DNA of 64,000 nucleotides from Bacteroidales bacterium (GTDB lineage Bacteria; Bacteroidota; Bacteroidia; Bacteroidales; UBA12077). Below, in pieces: positions 47,410 to 56,839 of the stretch. A program made the translations under genes and the position numbers. The notes under the pieces are model-generated. The model saw nothing but the letters and a program-made list of their open reading frames with translations, did no database searches and was not told the origin of the DNA. The stretch is taken from the NCBI GenBank assembly GCA_036351015.1, contig JAZBOG010000013.1, positions 2,998-66,997 of the forward strand, in the 5' to 3' direction. How positions within the stretch are numbered: position 1 is the first letter of the stretch; each line of letters starts with the position of its first letter.

Positions 47410-47482
47410 TGACCCAGCAGGGGCTCGAACCCTGGACCCCATCCTTAAAAGGGATGTGCTCTACCAGCTGAGCTACTGAGTC
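47410..47482 (-). tRNA. tRNA-Lys (anticodon UUU), second identical copy
   Basis: It has the same 73-nt sequence as 46992-47064. Its own TATTTTTG box lies upstream (forward 47493-47500). Confidence 0.9.
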
Positions 47483-47689
47483 ATTCGGATTGCAAAAATA
47501 ACACCTTATTCTTTCAAAACAAATATTTGAGCTTAAAATCTTCAATTAATTTTCAAGCAATTGTCATTCTGAGAATTATAATAACACGACCCACGCGAAT
47601 AGAGAAAAAAATTTCAGAATGGTATAAAAAATTTGTATAAATTAATAGATTTACATTACTTAGTTTTACGAATTAATAGTTATTAATGA

Positions 47690-48496
47690 ATGAAAAATAA
47701 AGTGGTGATTATAACCGGTGCTTCTTCCGGAATTGGCCGTGCATGTGCATATGAGTTTGCTTCCCGTAGAGCTAAAATAGTTTGTGCTTCCCGCAATTAT
47801 GAGCAGCTGAAAATTATTGAAAAGGATCTAAAGGCAAAAGGATCTGAAGCTTTTGCGGTTCAAGCGGATGTGTCGCTGGAAGAAGACTGTAAAAACCTGA
47901 TTGCACAAACCATTGAAAAATACGGAAAAATTGATATCTTAATTAATAATGCAGGAATATCTATGCGCGCATTATTCAAAGATGTTGATTTAAACGTTAT
48001 CAGGCGTTTAATGGATGTTAATTTCTGGGGTGCGGTTTATTGTACCAAGTATGCCTTACCCCATATTCTTGATTCCAGGGGGTCGATAGCAGGAATCACA
48101 TCGATCGCAGGGTTTCATGGTTTGCCCGGTCGTTCAGGCTATTCAGCTTCCAAGTTTGCCCTTCATGGGTTTTTAGAGACCTTAAGGATCGAAAATCTGA
48201 AAAATGGTTTACATGTATTAATAGCCGCACCAGGTTTTACAGCTTCCAATGTGCGGAAGTCTGCCCTGTCGGCAGACGGGTCACCCCAGGGACAATCTCC
48301 TTTAAATGAAAGTAAGTTAATGCCTGCCGAAAAAGTTGCCCGCCAAATTGCCAAAGGCATTATCTTTCGAAAAAGGAATATTATTATTTCCTTTGAAGGA
48401 AAGTTATCCGTTCTTTTACAACGGGTGATTCCAAAATCCCTGGACAGACTGTTTTATAATCATATGGCAAAAGAACCAGATTCACCCTTTACTTAA
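47690..48496 (+). CDS. Short-chain dehydrogenase/reductase family oxidoreductase
   Basis: It has TGASSGIG, NNAG and YSASK. Confidence 0.85.
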   Translation: MKNKVVIITGASSGIGRACAYEFASRRAKIVCASRNYEQLKIIEKDLKAKGSEAFAVQADVSLEEDCKNLIAQTIEKYGKIDILINNAGISMRALFKDVDLNVIRRLMDVNFWGAVYCTKYALPHILDSRGSIAGITSIAGFHGLPGRSGYSASKFALHGFLETLRIENLKNGLHVLIAAPGFTASNVRKSALSADGSPQGQSPLNESKLMPAEKVARQIAKGIIFRKRNIIISFEGKLSVLLQRVIPKSLDRLFYNHMAKEPDSPFT

Positions 48497-48507
48497 GTCC
48501 CTGTATT

Positions 48508-48918
48508 ATGTTCACTTATGAAACCAAGCTCAGAGTAAGGTATGGCGAAACCGACAAGATGGGTTATGTTTATTACGGCAATTACCCACTCTATTATGAA
48601 GTTGGAAGAACAGAATTAATGCGTTCCCTTGGTTTTTCCTACAAAACCATTGAAGAAATGGGTATTATGTTGCCTGTTAGATCTCTAGAGGTTAAATACT
48701 ATAAACCGGCAGTATACGACGATCATTTGACGATAAAAACGATCATCAAAGAATTGCCAAAAGCAAGAATCACTTTCTATTACCAGATCTTCAACGAAAA
48801 CGAGGAATTGCTTAACCAGGGTTTAACGACACTTGTTTTTGTGGACGAATCGACACGAAAGCCCCGGAGGGCTCCTTTAGAGTTAATCGAACAACTTAGG
48901 CCCCATTTTAAGGATTAG
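48508..48918 (+). CDS. Acyl-CoA thioesterase, 4HBT/YbgC family
   Basis: VRYGETDKMGYVYYGNYPLYYE shows the hotdog-fold catalytic Asp pattern. Confidence 0.85.
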   Translation: MFTYETKLRVRYGETDKMGYVYYGNYPLYYEVGRTELMRSLGFSYKTIEEMGIMLPVRSLEVKYYKPAVYDDHLTIKTIIKELPKARITFYYQIFNENEELLNQGLTTLVFVDESTRKPRRAPLELIEQLRPHFKD

Positions 48919-49136
48919 CGGATTTTACTAATGATCCAGATAATAAAGCTGATCACGATGCTAAGCAATAACATTGTGGCAAAAGGAGCATAAAAAGAAA
49001 AATGCTCTTTTTTTATTTTAATATCGCCGGGTAAATTTCCAAACCATTGCAGTTTATCCCCAAACACGTAAAAAATAATTCCCAGAATAATAAGTACAAT
49101 TCCTAATATAAGAATGACTTTACCTGTTTGTTGCAT
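48915..49136 (-). CDS. DUF2905-like small membrane protein
   Basis: FGNLPGDIKIKKEHFSFYAPFATMLLLSIV fits the DUF2905 pattern. I placed the start at MQQTGK. Confidence 0.6.
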   Translation of the reverse strand: MQQTGKVILILGIVLIILGIIFYVFGDKLQWFGNLPGDIKIKKEHFSFYAPFATMLLLSIVISFIIWIISKIR

Positions 49137-49278
49137 AACTAAGACCACTCATTATCAATATTATAAACAAATTATATCTTTTTTTTGTAATGATTAAGTT
49201 ACTGATTCGTCTTGTTATTGAATTAAGCTTGATTCTATAGTTAAACCGATTTAAAAACAAATTTAAAAAAATAATATT

Positions 49279-49788
49279 ATGAAACGAATAAGTATAATTA
49301 TCACCTTCATTGCGCTTCCATTTTTAGTCAATGCACAGGATTTTGTAGACCAGCTCATTGAGAAGTATCAGGGAAAATCAGGATTTACCACGGTAGTTAT
49401 CCACAAGAATTTATTTGAATTTGCAGCAGCTATAGAGGATGATGAAGATCTTCAGAAAATGAAAGGAATGATTGATAACATCCGGATTATAGCCCTGGAA
49501 GATGAATTAAATCCTGAAAAAGTCAATTTTTATGAGGAAATCATCGGACAGGTTGACAAAAAAAGCTATCAGCAACTGATGAGTGTTAAAGAAACAGACC
49601 ATGATGTTATCTTCTATGCGAAATATGCAGGAAAAGATATTGAAGAGATCCTGTTAATTGCGGGTGGAAATCACGAGAATGCAGTAATCAGCATCAAAGG
49701 CAAACTAAACCTCAAAGAGATGGCTTCGCTTTCCAGATCGGTTCACATGAGCGGTTTTGAGCATTTCGATGCATTAGATAACGAATAA
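49279..49788 (+). CDS. DUF4252-like secreted protein (paralog 1)
   Basis: It has a signal peptide. The pattern YQGKSGFTTVVI...IRIIALED...LLIAGGNHENAVISIKGKLNLKEMASLS is shared with 50938-51450. Confidence 0.7.
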   Translation: MKRISIIITFIALPFLVNAQDFVDQLIEKYQGKSGFTTVVIHKNLFEFAAAIEDDEDLQKMKGMIDNIRIIALEDELNPEKVNFYEEIIGQVDKKSYQQLMSVKETDHDVIFYAKYAGKDIEEILLIAGGNHENAVISIKGKLNLKEMASLSRSVHMSGFEHFDALDNE

Positions 49789-49858
49789 GAAAGGGAGAAA
49801 TTAAACTCCCTTTCTAAAAAATTATTTGTAATTTAACTGCCTCTTGAATGACCAATAA

Positions 49859-50404
49859 ATGACTACGGAAGACTTTAAAGAAAATATTTTGCCCTTAAAC
49901 CGGAAATTATTGGGTTTTGCCAACCGTTTTATGAAAGATCTGGATGATGCAAAGGATATTGTTCAAGAAATTTATATCAAACTTTGGAATATGCGTCAGG
50001 ATCTTGACCAGTACCATAGTGTTGAAGCCTTAGCTATGAGAATGACACGCAACTTATGCCTGGATAAGATCAAGCTAAACAAAACGGTTCCTTTAAACGG
50101 ATTCCGCAAAGAAAATATCGAAGACAAACACCATGTTTATGAAAAAAAGGAGGAATTGGAGCTTGCCGTAAAAAGAGTAAAAGATATTATCGATCACCTG
50201 GAAGAGCCTCAAAAAACCATCATTCTCTTAAGAGATATCGAGGGCTATGACAACCAGGAAATTGCCCAGATATTAAATATGAATGTAAATACCATTCGAG
50301 TGAATTTGTCAAGAACAAGAAAAAAAATCAGGGATATATTATTAAAAAAATATTATCAACATGAACCGGGAAAAAATAAAAGCTCTATTAGAGAAATATT
50401 ATAA
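49859..50404 (+). CDS. ECF-type RNA polymerase sigma-70 factor
   Basis: Region 2 is DAKDIVQEIYIKLW and region 4 is LRDIEGYDNQEIAQILNMNVNTIRVNLSRTRKKI. Confidence 0.9.
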   Translation: MTTEDFKENILPLNRKLLGFANRFMKDLDDAKDIVQEIYIKLWNMRQDLDQYHSVEALAMRMTRNLCLDKIKLNKTVPLNGFRKENIEDKHHVYEKKEELELAVKRVKDIIDHLEEPQKTIILLRDIEGYDNQEIAQILNMNVNTIRVNLSRTRKKIRDILLKKYYQHEPGKNKSSIREIL

Positions 50405-50930
50405 TGGGGATACCACGCTGGAAGAAGAAGAAGAATTAAGAACCTATTTCAACGGCACCTCCATCGATCAGGAATTCCTCCCGTATCGGGATATTTTTAT
50501 CTTTTCCACTCACGAAATAGAAGCTGCGGAAGATATTCCTGAATTTGGCGATGAAATCTTGGAAAATATCAACAACCATCAAAACAGGAAAACACAGAAG
50601 AACAGAAAGATAATAAATTACACCTTAAGTATTGCTGCAAGCATTTCGATTCTTATTGTTTCTTTCTTTTTCATTCAGAATGAGTTTAAGAATGAACATG
50701 CCAACTCCTTCCAGGACACCTATGAGAATCCAGAGCTTGCCTATCTGCAAGCTAAAGAAGCCCTGCTTTATGTGTCGGCCAAATTAAATTCGGGAACCGA
50801 GCACCTGGAACCGCTTCAAACGATTGATAAAGGCGCAGATGAACTCAGGGTTTTATCCACTTTCAACCAGGGTTTAAATGAGTTAAAAACCTTTGAAAAA
50901 TATAATGTTGTAAAAAAATATATTAAATAA
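50361..50930 (+). CDS. Putative anti-sigma factor (single-pass membrane protein)
   Basis: It sits directly downstream of the ECF sigma and overlaps it. The N-terminal cytoplasmic helix is LLEKYYNGDTTLEEEEEL, and there is one TM segment (YTLSIAASISILIVSFFFI). Confidence 0.55.
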   Translation: MNREKIKALLEKYYNGDTTLEEEEELRTYFNGTSIDQEFLPYRDIFIFSTHEIEAAEDIPEFGDEILENINNHQNRKTQKNRKIINYTLSIAASISILIVSFFFIQNEFKNEHANSFQDTYENPELAYLQAKEALLYVSAKLNSGTEHLEPLQTIDKGADELRVLSTFNQGLNELKTFEKYNVVKKYIK

Positions 50931-50937
50931 AAATGCT

Positions 50938-51450
50938 ATGAAAAAGATAATTTTAAATTGTATCGTATTCTTCATTCCGCTATTCTCTTTGGCCCAGAAT
51001 ACGCCTGTTGATGAGCTTTTTGAAAAATACAGCGGGAAAGAAGGATTTACATCCGTTTACATTACCAGTTATATGTTTAGTATGTTTTCAGAAATGGAGT
51101 CGGATGATCCTGAATTTGATGAGCTGGTAAAAAACTTAACCGGAATCAAGATCCTGGCTACCGATGAGACCTTTTCCGGAAATGTTAACTTTTATAACGA
51201 AATAATTAATAAACTCCCCATGTCCAAATACAAAGAATTAATGGTTGTGAAAGAAAAGGACCAGGATGTAAAATTTCTTGTTCATGAGAAGGATGGGAAA
51301 ATTATTGAATTATTACTTATTGCCGGGGGAAAAAACGAAAATGCTTTAATCAGTATTCAGGGGAATATTGATTTAAAAAATATCTCCAAATTATCCAAAT
51401 CGATGCAAATTGAAGGATTAGAACATCTTGAAGAAATAGAAGAAAAATGA
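50938..51450 (+). CDS. DUF4252-like secreted protein (paralog 2)
   Basis: YSGKEGFTSVYI...IKILATDE...LLIAGGKNENALISIQGNIDLKNISKLS parallels 49279-49788. Confidence 0.7.
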   Translation: MKKIILNCIVFFIPLFSLAQNTPVDELFEKYSGKEGFTSVYITSYMFSMFSEMESDDPEFDELVKNLTGIKILATDETFSGNVNFYNEIINKLPMSKYKELMVVKEKDQDVKFLVHEKDGKIIELLLIAGGKNENALISIQGNIDLKNISKLSKSMQIEGLEHLEEIEEK

Positions 51451-51965
51451 AAAAATTAGTTGCCCTCTTGTTAATGGTATTATTCCTTGGACAATCATGT
51501 ATTACTGACCAGAAAAGGTATAAGGAAACCGATATTTTTGAAGAATTTGAGACACAACAAGGATTTGTTGTTTTACACCTCCCTCCTGTTCTTTTTAAAT
51601 TAGTTCTTAATTTATCGGAAGAGAAGAACCAGTTTAACACTGATCTAACTGACAAGATTGAAGTAATTAAGATAATTTTTTTCGAAGAAACCAAACACAC
51701 AGTTTCCAATCAAGAGGTCAGTCAAACCCTTCAACAAAAGGCAAAGGATGCAAATTACCAGCTTCTTACCCAAATCGCCCAGGAGGGTACCAATATTTCC
51801 ATTTTCATTTTTGAGCAAGACAAAATCATTCATGAAATTTTGTTTACTGCCCTCTCGGAAAAGGATTACTTTGGTGTAAATGTGGTAGGAAATTTTACAC
51901 GTGAAGAAGTATTAAAGATTTATCAATCCATTAATATGCAACAAGTAAAATCTATGGGCAACTAA
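51447..51965 (+). CDS. DUF4252-like protein (divergent paralog 3)
   Basis: It starts with an ATGA overlap on the upstream gene and has a lipoprotein-like signal (LGQSC). The architecture is similar (QQGFVVLHL...IKIIFFEE...). Confidence 0.5.
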   Translation: MKKLVALLLMVLFLGQSCITDQKRYKETDIFEEFETQQGFVVLHLPPVLFKLVLNLSEEKNQFNTDLTDKIEVIKIIFFEETKHTVSNQEVSQTLQQKAKDANYQLLTQIAQEGTNISIFIFEQDKIIHEILFTALSEKDYFGVNVVGNFTREEVLKIYQSINMQQVKSMGN

Positions 51966-51999
51966 GCCCATAGATTTTTTCTAAGTATTTTGCAAAGAA

Positions 52000-53223
52000 T
52001 TATATTTTATGGGCGTTTTGCTCTACCTGCCGAAAGACCCTAAGAAAGTTTTCCCCCCATATTTTCTGAATCTCCTTTTGGGTATACCCCCTTTTCAGCA
52101 TTTCAATGGTGATATTTTTCATCTGGCTGGCATCCATGCATCCTTCAACACCTCCACCCCCATCAAAATCTGTTCCTATTCCAACATAATCAATCCCAAT
52201 TGTATTAACCACGTAATCAATGTGATCGACCACATCGGATACCGTGGCTAACTCTTTAGGAAAATTTTTATCGGTTTCTCTCCATTCCATTACGGCTTTT
52301 TGATGTTCTTCCTCAGATAAGCCCTCAAAATGATTGTATTTTTCACGCAAGGCCGTAAATGCAGAATCCCTGGCAGGATTGGGTGCTGCTTCTTTTATAT
52401 AGTCACTTAGAATACATATCTGGATTACCCCTCCATTTTTTTTCAAAGCATGCAGCATGGTATCGGAGAAATTTCTTGGGCTGTTACACAAGGCTCTTAC
52501 GCTTGAATGCGAAGCAATTACCGGTGTCTTTGTAATGTTTAATACATCAAAATAGGCCGAGTCCGAGATGTGGGAGACATCAATCATCAACCCCAGTTGA
52601 TTCATTCTTTGGACCACTTCTTCCCCGAAACTGCTTAAGCCATTATGTTCCGGTCCTTCAGGGTCAGTTGAGGAATCACAAAGGTCATTGTTGCGAGTGT
52701 GAGCCAAGGTAATATAACGAGCCCCCAGATCATAAAATGTATCTACCATCATTAAATCAGTGCCAATGGGGTATCCATTTTCCAATCCAATATATACTGC
52801 CCGTTTACCTGCTTCTTTGATACGATAGATATCTCCCGGCCGATAGGCTATTTCGGCCATATCAGGATACTTTCCGACCTGCTTGTGCAAAGCATCAAAA
52901 ATTTTGAGAGCTCTTTCTTTTGCTTTCCGGTTTCCTTCATCATCTCTAGCTCTTTGCCCAATAAATACAGCCATAAAAGCAGCATCCAATCGTCCGGCTT
53001 TCATTTTAGGAAAATCTACCCGTGAACGTGTTTCTTCGAAATCATTCCATTTTCCAATATCAAAATCCGGATCTAAAAAATTCAGCGGGGTATCCGTGTG
53101 GGTATCAATCGAAACAATCTTGTCGTGAATTTTTTCTGCCTGCTCTTCCAGGCTTTCTTCCTTACAGGAAGTAAATAAAAAAATAAAACTCAGGATAAAG
53201 AGGTATAAAAATTTATTTTTCAT
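52000..53223 (-). CDS. Membrane dipeptidase (peptidase family M19)
   Basis: DTHTDTP supplies the HxD zinc site. ITLAHTRNN, DVSHIS and GIGTDFDG are also present. I placed the start at MKNKFLYLFIL. Confidence 0.88.
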   Translation of the reverse strand: MKNKFLYLFILSFIFLFTSCKEESLEEQAEKIHDKIVSIDTHTDTPLNFLDPDFDIGKWNDFEETRSRVDFPKMKAGRLDAAFMAVFIGQRARDDEGNRKAKERALKIFDALHKQVGKYPDMAEIAYRPGDIYRIKEAGKRAVYIGLENGYPIGTDLMMVDTFYDLGARYITLAHTRNNDLCDSSTDPEGPEHNGLSSFGEEVVQRMNQLGLMIDVSHISDSAYFDVLNITKTPVIASHSSVRALCNSPRNFSDTMLHALKKNGGVIQICILSDYIKEAAPNPARDSAFTALREKYNHFEGLSEEEHQKAVMEWRETDKNFPKELATVSDVVDHIDYVVNTIGIDYVGIGTDFDGGGGVEGCMDASQMKNITIEMLKRGYTQKEIQKIWGENFLRVFRQVEQNAHKI

Positions 53224-53486
53224 GGGTTGAATGATTTTAAGTGATAACAATTTTATTAGATGAGATTTTTATTTCATGGTTTAAAATCAGATTAGTTCTG
53301 TTTATAGTTAAATAGATTAATATAAAGATAAAGACACCTCTAGATACTTATATTAAAAAAAAGATTTTTTCAATGCTTTTAAACACAAATCGATATGCTT
53401 AAAATCATCAGATTCCATGGATTTATTAAATAGTTTTGAGTCGTTCAAGTAATTTAAATTTATAGATAAACTAAAAAAAAAGAATT

Positions 53487-53918
53487 ATGGCTATATCAAC
53501 CGTTAAACTTGAAGCTCAAGTAAAAGAAGGTTTCAAAACAGACATTAAGTGTTCGCACAATTTTGTTATTGATCAACCCAAACAAGGGGGAGGACAGGAT
53601 TTAGGTCCTAATCCGCTGGAAATTTTCCTTTCATCGTTACCTGCCTGTATTTGTGCTATAGGAAAAATCATTTCGAATCAAAAAAGATTAAACGTACGAG
53701 GGATAAATGTAAAGGTAGAAGGTGATATCGATAAAGATTTCTTAATGGGTAAAAGTGAAGAAGGAAGAGCCGGATTCACAGAAATCAGGAGTTATATCGA
53801 TGTAGATGCAGATCTTTCCACAGAAGAAAAAGAATCTTTCATCAGGGAAATCGAAAAGCGATGTCCGATTGCAGACAATATGGCTTATCAGAGTAATCTT
53901 AAAGCAATTTTAGTTTAG
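53487..53918 (+). CDS. OsmC family peroxiredoxin-like protein
   Basis: It has GPNPLEIFLSSLPACI and a C-terminal RCPI, the two-Cys OsmC pattern. Confidence 0.85.
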   Translation: MAISTVKLEAQVKEGFKTDIKCSHNFVIDQPKQGGGQDLGPNPLEIFLSSLPACICAIGKIISNQKRLNVRGINVKVEGDIDKDFLMGKSEEGRAGFTEIRSYIDVDADLSTEEKESFIREIEKRCPIADNMAYQSNLKAILV

Positions 53919-53940
53919 GAGCTATTAAAATAGTAAGAAA

Positions 53941-53970
53941 AGAGGCTGCCTTATTGGACAGCCTCTTTTT
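53941..53970. terminator. Bidirectional terminator between the OsmC gene and the S9 peptidase gene
   Basis: AGAGGCTGCC-TTATTG-GACAGCCTCT has one mismatch and is followed by T6. Confidence 0.6.
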
Positions 53971-54006
53971 TATTTATTTTTTTGAGAATAAGGTTTATTT
54001 CTAGAA

Positions 54007-56415
54007 TTATTCAGTTTCTTTCAAATACTTTTCCAGCCACTGATCCTGCTCCCACAATACATGTAATACCGATTCGCGGGCAGCATAACCATGACTTTCC
54101 CTGGGCAGCAATACCAATCGAACAGTTGCTCCCAGCCCTTTTAGTGCATTAAAATAGCGTTCACTCTGCATGGTATAGGTTCCAGAATTATTATCGGCAG
54201 CGCCATGAATGAGCAACAAAGGAGTTTTCATCTTATGGGCATGCATAAAAGGGGACATTTCATAATAAATTTCCGGAGCTTCCCAATAATTACGTTCTTC
54301 ACTTTGAAAGCCAAAAGGGGTTAGCGTTCTGTTATATGCTCCGCTACGGGCAATTCCTGCGGCAAAAAGGTTAGAATGACTCAACAGGTTTGCTGTCATA
54401 AAGGCACCATAAGAATGCCCCCCTACAGCTACTTTATTTCGGTCGATATATCCCATCTCATCCACAGCATCGATAGCTGCTTTGGCATTGGCAACCAGTT
54501 GTTCAACAAACGTATCGTTGGGTTCGTTTTCGCCTTCGCCAACAACAGGGAAAGCAGCGTCGTCAAGCACTACATAACCACGTGTAACCCAAAACACAGG
54601 GGATCCATAGTAAGGATAGATAAATTCATGGGGAGAGGAGGTTACCTGTCCGGCAGTACTTTTATCTTTATATTCCCGCGGGTAAGCCCACATGATCATA
54701 GGGTATTTCTCCCCTTCCTGGTAATCGGTGGGTAAGTATAAAGTTCCTGACAACTCTAAGCCATCCTCACGTTGATATTTAATTACTTCCTTATGGACAT
54801 TTTGCAGGCTCTCGAAGGGATTTTTAAAATTTGAAATCCGGGTTAACTCACCCGTTTGAATATTTCGGAAATAGTAATTGGGATATTGACTTTTCGATTC
54901 AATTCTTGTAAGCAATTTCCCTTTCGCGGGGTCTATCAAATCGACAATATTTTCCAGGGTTTCTTTTCCATCGGCACGCCAGAGTCGATCGGTACTTTTT
55001 GTAGTAAGATTAAACTGATCAAGAAAAGGGCGGATTCCTTCCTCACAATATCCTCTGCCAATTAAATACAAATGATCTGTCTCCATTAGCAACACATTTC
55101 GTCCGTAATTATTGCGTACGGTAACGAAATACCCCGGGTCATTATATCTGTCCTGGTAATTCCGGTCAAAAATAATTTCGGGTTGAACCGACTGATCCGA
55201 AGGGCTAAAGAGATATGATTTTGTATTTCGAGTATTCCACCAGTAATCCGTTGCTACAGCAACGTTATCGTTTCCCCAGGTAATCCCGGAAAAACGGTTA
55301 ATAGTTTTTAACAAACTTTGCTTTTCGCCTTGAAATGGGGCATTTAACTCAAACACTTCATCCCGGTGTTGAGCCTCCCGGGATGGATCTCCTCCATCTA
55401 GAGCTTCCACCCAGTATAATGTTGAGGGTTTGTCTGTTCTCCAGGCAAGATCACGCATTCCTTCTCGTTCGGCCATAAATCCCTGGGGCAGATCTTCAAT
55501 CAGGTGAACCTCTAACATCTTTTTAATTTCGGCTCCACCCTTATCATAAATAACTGTTTTGGATGGGAAACGATAAAAAGGAACAAGGTAGGAAAAAGGT
55601 TTTTCAATGGTAGTAACCAAGATGTAATTTCCATCGGGCGAGAAATTGAGTCCTCTGTACATTGCCTTTTTTTTCCAGGGAGTACTATTCCCTTTTAGGT
55701 CAACCTGAACCAGTTCAGATAGCGCGAGTTGTTCGAAATTAAACTCATCATTTTTATTTTCCAACAGATCCTGGTAGGTTCTGTTCTGTGCTTTCTGTCC
55801 TTCGTTAACGGATACCGTTGGTCCTGAGGGGACTACCAGGGTTTCATCGATCAAAGGTTTTCTGTCCCCGGGCAGCACCTTAACCAGAAGGGATTTCCCA
55901 TCCTGAAACCATTCGAAAGGAGTCCCAAGGTTTGCATTCAGATTGTCTGTAGTTAATTTATTTAAACGGCCTTTGGAGATATCCAGCACCCATAATTCAA
56001 CTCCACCAGGAGTTGTATTTGTGAAGGCCATCATGGACTGGTCGGGCGACCAGGCAAAATTGGATAACCGGGCATTCTCCGGTAATCCATGCAAAGGGAC
56101 TGTTTTTTGTTTTTTCACATTGAATACTTCGATATGAGTATAGTACCGGACCCTGCTGGGGCTGTTCGTTACCGGATTAATACGCAATCCGCCAAGACGA
56201 AGTTCTTTTTCCGAGAGTTCTTCAATACTTTTATACTGGTTACGGTACATAAAAAGAGCATAAGTACCTTCTGCATTCATATAGAAAGAAGGCGGGAGGT
56301 CAACATCAGCAAGTTCCAGAATCTCTTTCGGAGGGGTTTGATAGGAAATATCAAGCTGGGCTTGGGTACTAATAAAAATAGCAGATAAGATAAAAGAAAA
56401 TAACAGTTTTTTCAT
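54007..56415 (-). CDS. S9 family serine peptidase (beta-propeller + alpha/beta hydrolase)
   Basis: It has a signal peptide and the nucleophile motif GGHSYGAFM (GxSxG). Downstream HGAADNN and ESHGY supply the Asp/His of the triad. Confidence 0.9.
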   Translation of the reverse strand: MKKLLFSFILSAIFISTQAQLDISYQTPPKEILELADVDLPPSFYMNAEGTYALFMYRNQYKSIEELSEKELRLGGLRINPVTNSPSRVRYYTHIEVFNVKKQKTVPLHGLPENARLSNFAWSPDQSMMAFTNTTPGGVELWVLDISKGRLNKLTTDNLNANLGTPFEWFQDGKSLLVKVLPGDRKPLIDETLVVPSGPTVSVNEGQKAQNRTYQDLLENKNDEFNFEQLALSELVQVDLKGNSTPWKKKAMYRGLNFSPDGNYILVTTIEKPFSYLVPFYRFPSKTVIYDKGGAEIKKMLEVHLIEDLPQGFMAEREGMRDLAWRTDKPSTLYWVEALDGGDPSREAQHRDEVFELNAPFQGEKQSLLKTINRFSGITWGNDNVAVATDYWWNTRNTKSYLFSPSDQSVQPEIIFDRNYQDRYNDPGYFVTVRNNYGRNVLLMETDHLYLIGRGYCEEGIRPFLDQFNLTTKSTDRLWRADGKETLENIVDLIDPAKGKLLTRIESKSQYPNYYFRNIQTGELTRISNFKNPFESLQNVHKEVIKYQREDGLELSGTLYLPTDYQEGEKYPMIMWAYPREYKDKSTAGQVTSSPHEFIYPYYGSPVFWVTRGYVVLDDAAFPVVGEGENEPNDTFVEQLVANAKAAIDAVDEMGYIDRNKVAVGGHSYGAFMTANLLSHSNLFAAGIARSGAYNRTLTPFGFQSEERNYWEAPEIYYEMSPFMHAHKMKTPLLLIHGAADNNSGTYTMQSERYFNALKGLGATVRLVLLPRESHGYAARESVLHVLWEQDQWLEKYLKETE

Positions 56416-56578
56416 AGCTATCGTTCATTTTGGTTATGATCTTTAGATGATTCATAAGATTAGAAGTTTAATACAAATCTTTTTTTAATGAATAAAATAC
56501 TTGACAAGTTGATTCTGAGAGTTTATATTTATTAACTGACAGTTTATCATTTTTAATTTTTTCATAAAAATTGTTGCC

Positions 56579-56749
56579 ATGTCACACGAAAAAACAATTC
56601 ACGACGGGAAAAAGAAAAAAAATCCCATTAAGAAATTAAAGGAAAGGCGAGCAGAGCGAAAAGCCCGGCGCGCAGAGAAAAATCAGGAGAACCTGTTTGA
56701 ATCCAAGCATAAGCGAAAACCCAGACAGCGGCAGGTCTCTTCATCATAA
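56579..56749 (+). CDS. Possible small, very basic protein (56 aa)
   Basis: I translated it by hand as MSHEKTIHDGKKKKNPIKKLKERRAERKARRAEKNQENLFESKHKRKPRQRQVSSS. The support is weak (composition only). Confidence 0.3.
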   Translation: MSHEKTIHDGKKKKNPIKKLKERRAERKARRAEKNQENLFESKHKRKPRQRQVSSS

Positions 56750-56839
56750 AATTTCAAACTCCCAAAAACATATTGGGAGTTTTTTGATTATAAAAGACAA
56801 ATTATACCTTTGCCCCCGAAAACCGGGAAATTACTTTTC

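Larger units (their letters stand above)
46910..47482. repeat. Tandem duplication of a ~139-bp unit (tRNA-Lys + its downstream terminator + flank), plus extra tRNA 3-prime-end fragments
   Basis: Units at 46926-47064 and 47345-47482 are near-identical. The core GA(C/T)CCAGCAGG occurs 5 times, starting at 46915, 46993, 47259, 47303 and 47411. Confidence 0.85.

Noticed and set aside
47218-47442. A 74-aa minus-strand ORF spanning the region between the two tRNA-Lys copies.
   Set aside because: It overlaps the tRNA gene and the duplicated terminator and att-like fragments. Its translation (GSRVRAPAGSPEKS...) is simply the repeat sequence read through.
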